The position numbers were made by a program, and so were the translations under genes. This document shows, piece by piece, positions 60,952 to 64,000 of a stretch of DNA of 64,000 bases. The stretch's first letter is position 1. Every line of letters begins with the position of its first letter. Source of the stretch: Chlorokybus atmophyticus (Eukaryota; Plantae; Mesostigma and Chlorokybus algae); the NCBI GenBank assembly GCA_009103225.1, contig RHPI01002069.1:200702-264701 (forward strand), given 5' to 3'. The notes beneath the pieces were generated by a model that was not told where the DNA came from, made no database searches, and saw only the letters and a list, made by a program, of their open reading frames with translations.

Positions 60952-61493
60952 TGTTACATTGTTTTTTGCCCTTGGATCTGCCTCAATCCCCTGCGGGAAT
61001 TGAACCTGAGACGTCAAGCTCCGTTACCATTGTAACAAGTGGGCTCCGATCACTAGGCTATGGTAGCAAAAGACGCTACCATGAGTGAGCTCTATCACGA
61101 TTTACCCCAAATCGTGACATTCCTCCCGAAATTAACCCACGGGTTCCTCATTATCTAATCAAGCACTTACTAGCCCACGTCGCCGTGGTCACGGCCGTAC
61201 CACGACCAGTCCGCCCGCGGCCTTTTTAATCCGGCCATAATTACGGCCGTGTGAGCGGTCGCGCCGCGATGGCAGGTCGCGCGGTGAGGATGGCCGGATA
61301 AAAAAGGCCGCGGGCGGACCGATCGTGGTATGGCCGTGACCACGGCGACGTGGGCTAATAAGTGCTTCATTGGATAATCATGAATCTGTAAGTTGAATTG
61401 GGGAGGAATGTCACGATTTAGGATAAATGTGACAGACCTCACTCATAGTTGCGTCTTTTGCTACCATAGCCTAGTGGTCGGAGCCCACTTGTT
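60952..61493. mobile_element. Inverted (fold-back) dimer of a TRIM-like element with tRNA-type A/B boxes
   Basis: Left LTR-like unit 60952-61119 (minus; A box 61050-61060, B box 60996-61006) and right truncated unit 61408-61493 (A box TAGCCTAGTGG). Each is preceded by the PPT GGGAGGAA, with a ~78-bp near-perfect inner stem between them. Confidence 0.6.
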
Positions 61494-63230
61494 TCAGCGT
61501 GCCACCACCAGACACTGCAACCGCCTTCACATCATCAACCTCTTCAAGGGTCGACTAAACTCTTCTTCACTCCAGCTGTGTATAATGCTGTGTATAGAGT
61601 GTTGCCGATATCAAGCTAAGTGCATCTAGAGAGTATTGTGTTGGGCTAACTTACCTGCCAACTCGAAGTGATCATTTCTTTTTATTGTCGAATTATTGTG
61701 TTGTGAGCATATGTGCATAAGATAGAGTACATCATGCGTTTGAATACCTACTAGTAGGACAATCATTAACAGTCACCCCCAACTCATCTTGTGTTCCTCT
61801 TTGTCTTGCACCAACAGAGCAGCTGACTGTTCCAATCGACATTCATTCTTCACTTTTGGATTACGATCACAAAACAGCAACTTGCCCGGCTGCAGCTCGT
61901 AGAAGGCACATTATAACTTTGCATTCACATCACAAAGAATTCAAAGTTTAAACGCAAAAAGAGAGTGTATACTGAGCACAAGCCTACATGTTAGCTACAA
62001 GCACGACAAGCGTCCTCCATCCGGGTAAGAGAGTCCCTCATCTGTGACACGTAAATAAGATTATTGGCACTGGCGTCTGATGCTTGCGTGCGTGTGTAGG
62101 TGCGTGCATGTGTGTACATGCATTACGCACGCTTGGCTATTATATTGTTTTATTGAAAACAAGTGATCATAACACTGTTTGTTACGATTACATGCGCACC
62201 TGACAAGTTAATCGGTACGAGAGGAAACCAACCTTTCGCTAGAACTTGACTTACCTACACTGTGCATAGTGTTAGTCCTTCTCAAGGAAGAACGCTGTTA
62301 CGTGCGTGTGCCTGCGATTATATGTATGTGTCATATATTCACTGTTCATAAAAACGGCACAAATACTTGTGCCGTTTTAACTTTTTTTTTTTTCCCCACT
62401 TGGTAAGTCATGCTTGATATGAACCATAACAAGTATCTTTCAATGTTTGGTCAATGCTTCGTACCGCCATTAATATATTGTTAACGGTTTGCAAGATGTC
62501 CCCGCATTCTTCAAATGTCGCTCATTAGCAAATGGGTTGCTCATACGTTGGCAACCTGGTAGCTTAGCGCGCAAACAGCTCTTTTGCCTGCTTTAGTGAA
62601 CTCAATTAACATCATGATAAGAACATTCAGCATATTGTTAACCAAGTATGATGTTTACATTCGTGTCAGTGATCGCACCATAATGGTATGGATTGTTATG
62701 AAACCACGGTATTCTTGCAATTGAAGTGATGTGTAAAGCTTGCGGGATGGTAACTTACTCGTTGTATTAATTAATGTTGTATGGAGCCCCTACTGAGCTC
62801 TGCAAGTCTGTGTTGGAGCATGCAGGGGTCATTGACACGACCAAAGAGCGCTCCAAGGAATTCATTGCTATGTGCTTTTCGGTTGATGATATTTGTGTCA
62901 CGTTCAAACCAAAACTAGCCACATGGCGATAGGAAGGTAGGCACAATTAACACAACAAGCGCTCCTAGAAGAAAACGCCGACGGTTTAGAGCTTGCACAT
63001 TGTCTCTGCATGCTACATACAATGACCCTGTTGCATTGCCTGGCAACCATCAGAAATGGCCACGAGGTCCAAATTGTATGCACATATGTGTCCATATGCA
63101 AATGCAACATCAATCGAGTCTTGCATGACACAGACATTTCTTGTACACGTTGCCAACCAACACACCATGCTGCAACCTACACATCTCGTGCACACCACAT
63201 CCCATTATTCAACACAGCACCTTGCTGTTG

Positions 63231-64000
63231 TCACTCGCACGTCTCATCACTGGTGCCATCACCCAACACCTGCAAGCTACATCCCCTTCCTTCTCTGGCC
63301 ATCACAACCACATTGCGCAGGTGCGTGCGCGCCTCCTTTGGCGCAAACGTGACCCACACTTGCACGCTCGCACCCGCCGCGAGCACGCCACTCGACGGCT
63401 CGAGCGTGAACGCGCTCGGGTTGGCATTGCTAGCATTGCCGCCATTGACGGTCCCCGTGCTCATGTTGGACCTAATGGACCTGTTGGACTTGTGGCTCCT
63501 GTGACTGGATGCGTTGGAGCGCATCGAGCGCATGGACATCTTGGAACCGGATCGGGCGGATCCGGAATGGCCCTGAGCAGGGTCGAAGTCGGGACCCGCG
63601 GCGGGAGCAACACGCCAGTCTGCAGGCACGCTTCCCGTGTTGGAGAGCGCAAAGTGCATTGTGTGAGGGGCTGAGGTGTGTACCCGCCCAAAGTTGAGCA
63701 GCGAGGGGGACAATGCGAGTCCAGGGTGCAGCACGTCCGCTATCAGTGGGACAACCTGAAAGAAGACAGCATCATTAGTATTACACACGTGCGCGTATGC
63801 GCACACATGCGCACGCGCATACGCACACACACAGCTGCATGCATGGCAACACACGTACTCACGCTCACATGCGCACATGCACACGCGCGCACACACACCA
63901 TCCCACACAGCTCAATGTAGTCACTCAGGACACAAGCGCTCACTTGTGTTGTGCCATTCCAGAACGTGACGACAAGCTTTCCAGCATGGTTCGAGTCCTG
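63231..64000 (-). CDS. DLEC1: 3' end of an ASH/Hydin-domain ciliary protein, most like DLEC1/CFAP81
   Basis: Exons >64000-63944 (GKLVVTFWNGTTQ) and 63755-63231 (LLNFGRV...FALSNTG...FTLEPSSGVL...VTFAP...GCSLQVLGDGTSDE). The terminus resembles the recalled DLEC1 C-terminus; family assignment is from memory. Confidence 0.6.

Noticed and set aside
60990-61070. Functional tRNA gene on the minus strand
   Set aside because: A/B-like boxes are present with a 43-nt spacer, but no convincing cloverleaf forms; it is part of the repeat element.

Overview
Eukaryotic, intron-rich genomic DNA. The plant-type G-group bZIP, the probable plastid-targeted cis-prenyltransferase and the ciliary DLEC1-like gene suggest a flagellated green alga, probably a streptophyte (inference). 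Host genes: a GBF-like bZIP (2560-5037, -), a small membrane/Pro-rich gene (29979-30725, +), SART1 (31616-35804, -) head-to-head with a cis-prenyltransferase (35980-37559, +), an unknown 485-aa gene (39198-40843, -) and the 3' end of a DLEC1/CFAP81-like gene (63231-64000, -). About 60% of the window is transposon-derived. It holds a TA-flanked pogo/Fot1-like DNA transposon (11472-29065) interrupted by a decayed chromovirus (13129-20727), a related MITE (6780-7502), a coding-intact chromovirus (44892-52032) and a third, divergent chromovirus (52489-58735). The 5140-bp exact duplication at the single N (23561) looks like an assembly artefact. Three observations stand out. (1) All three chromoviruses have gag and pol in frame, separated only by TAG-GA(A/T). 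(2) All three carry a degenerate DIRS/Dam-like N6-adenine methyltransferase-like segment between Gag and protease. (3) A miniature TRIM-like element with tRNA-type Pol III A/B boxes in its ~160-bp LTR is fused to the 5' end of the intact chromovirus inside one shared 5-bp TSD, and a relative occurs as an inverted dimer at 60952-61493. All calls were made by eye, with no database searches.
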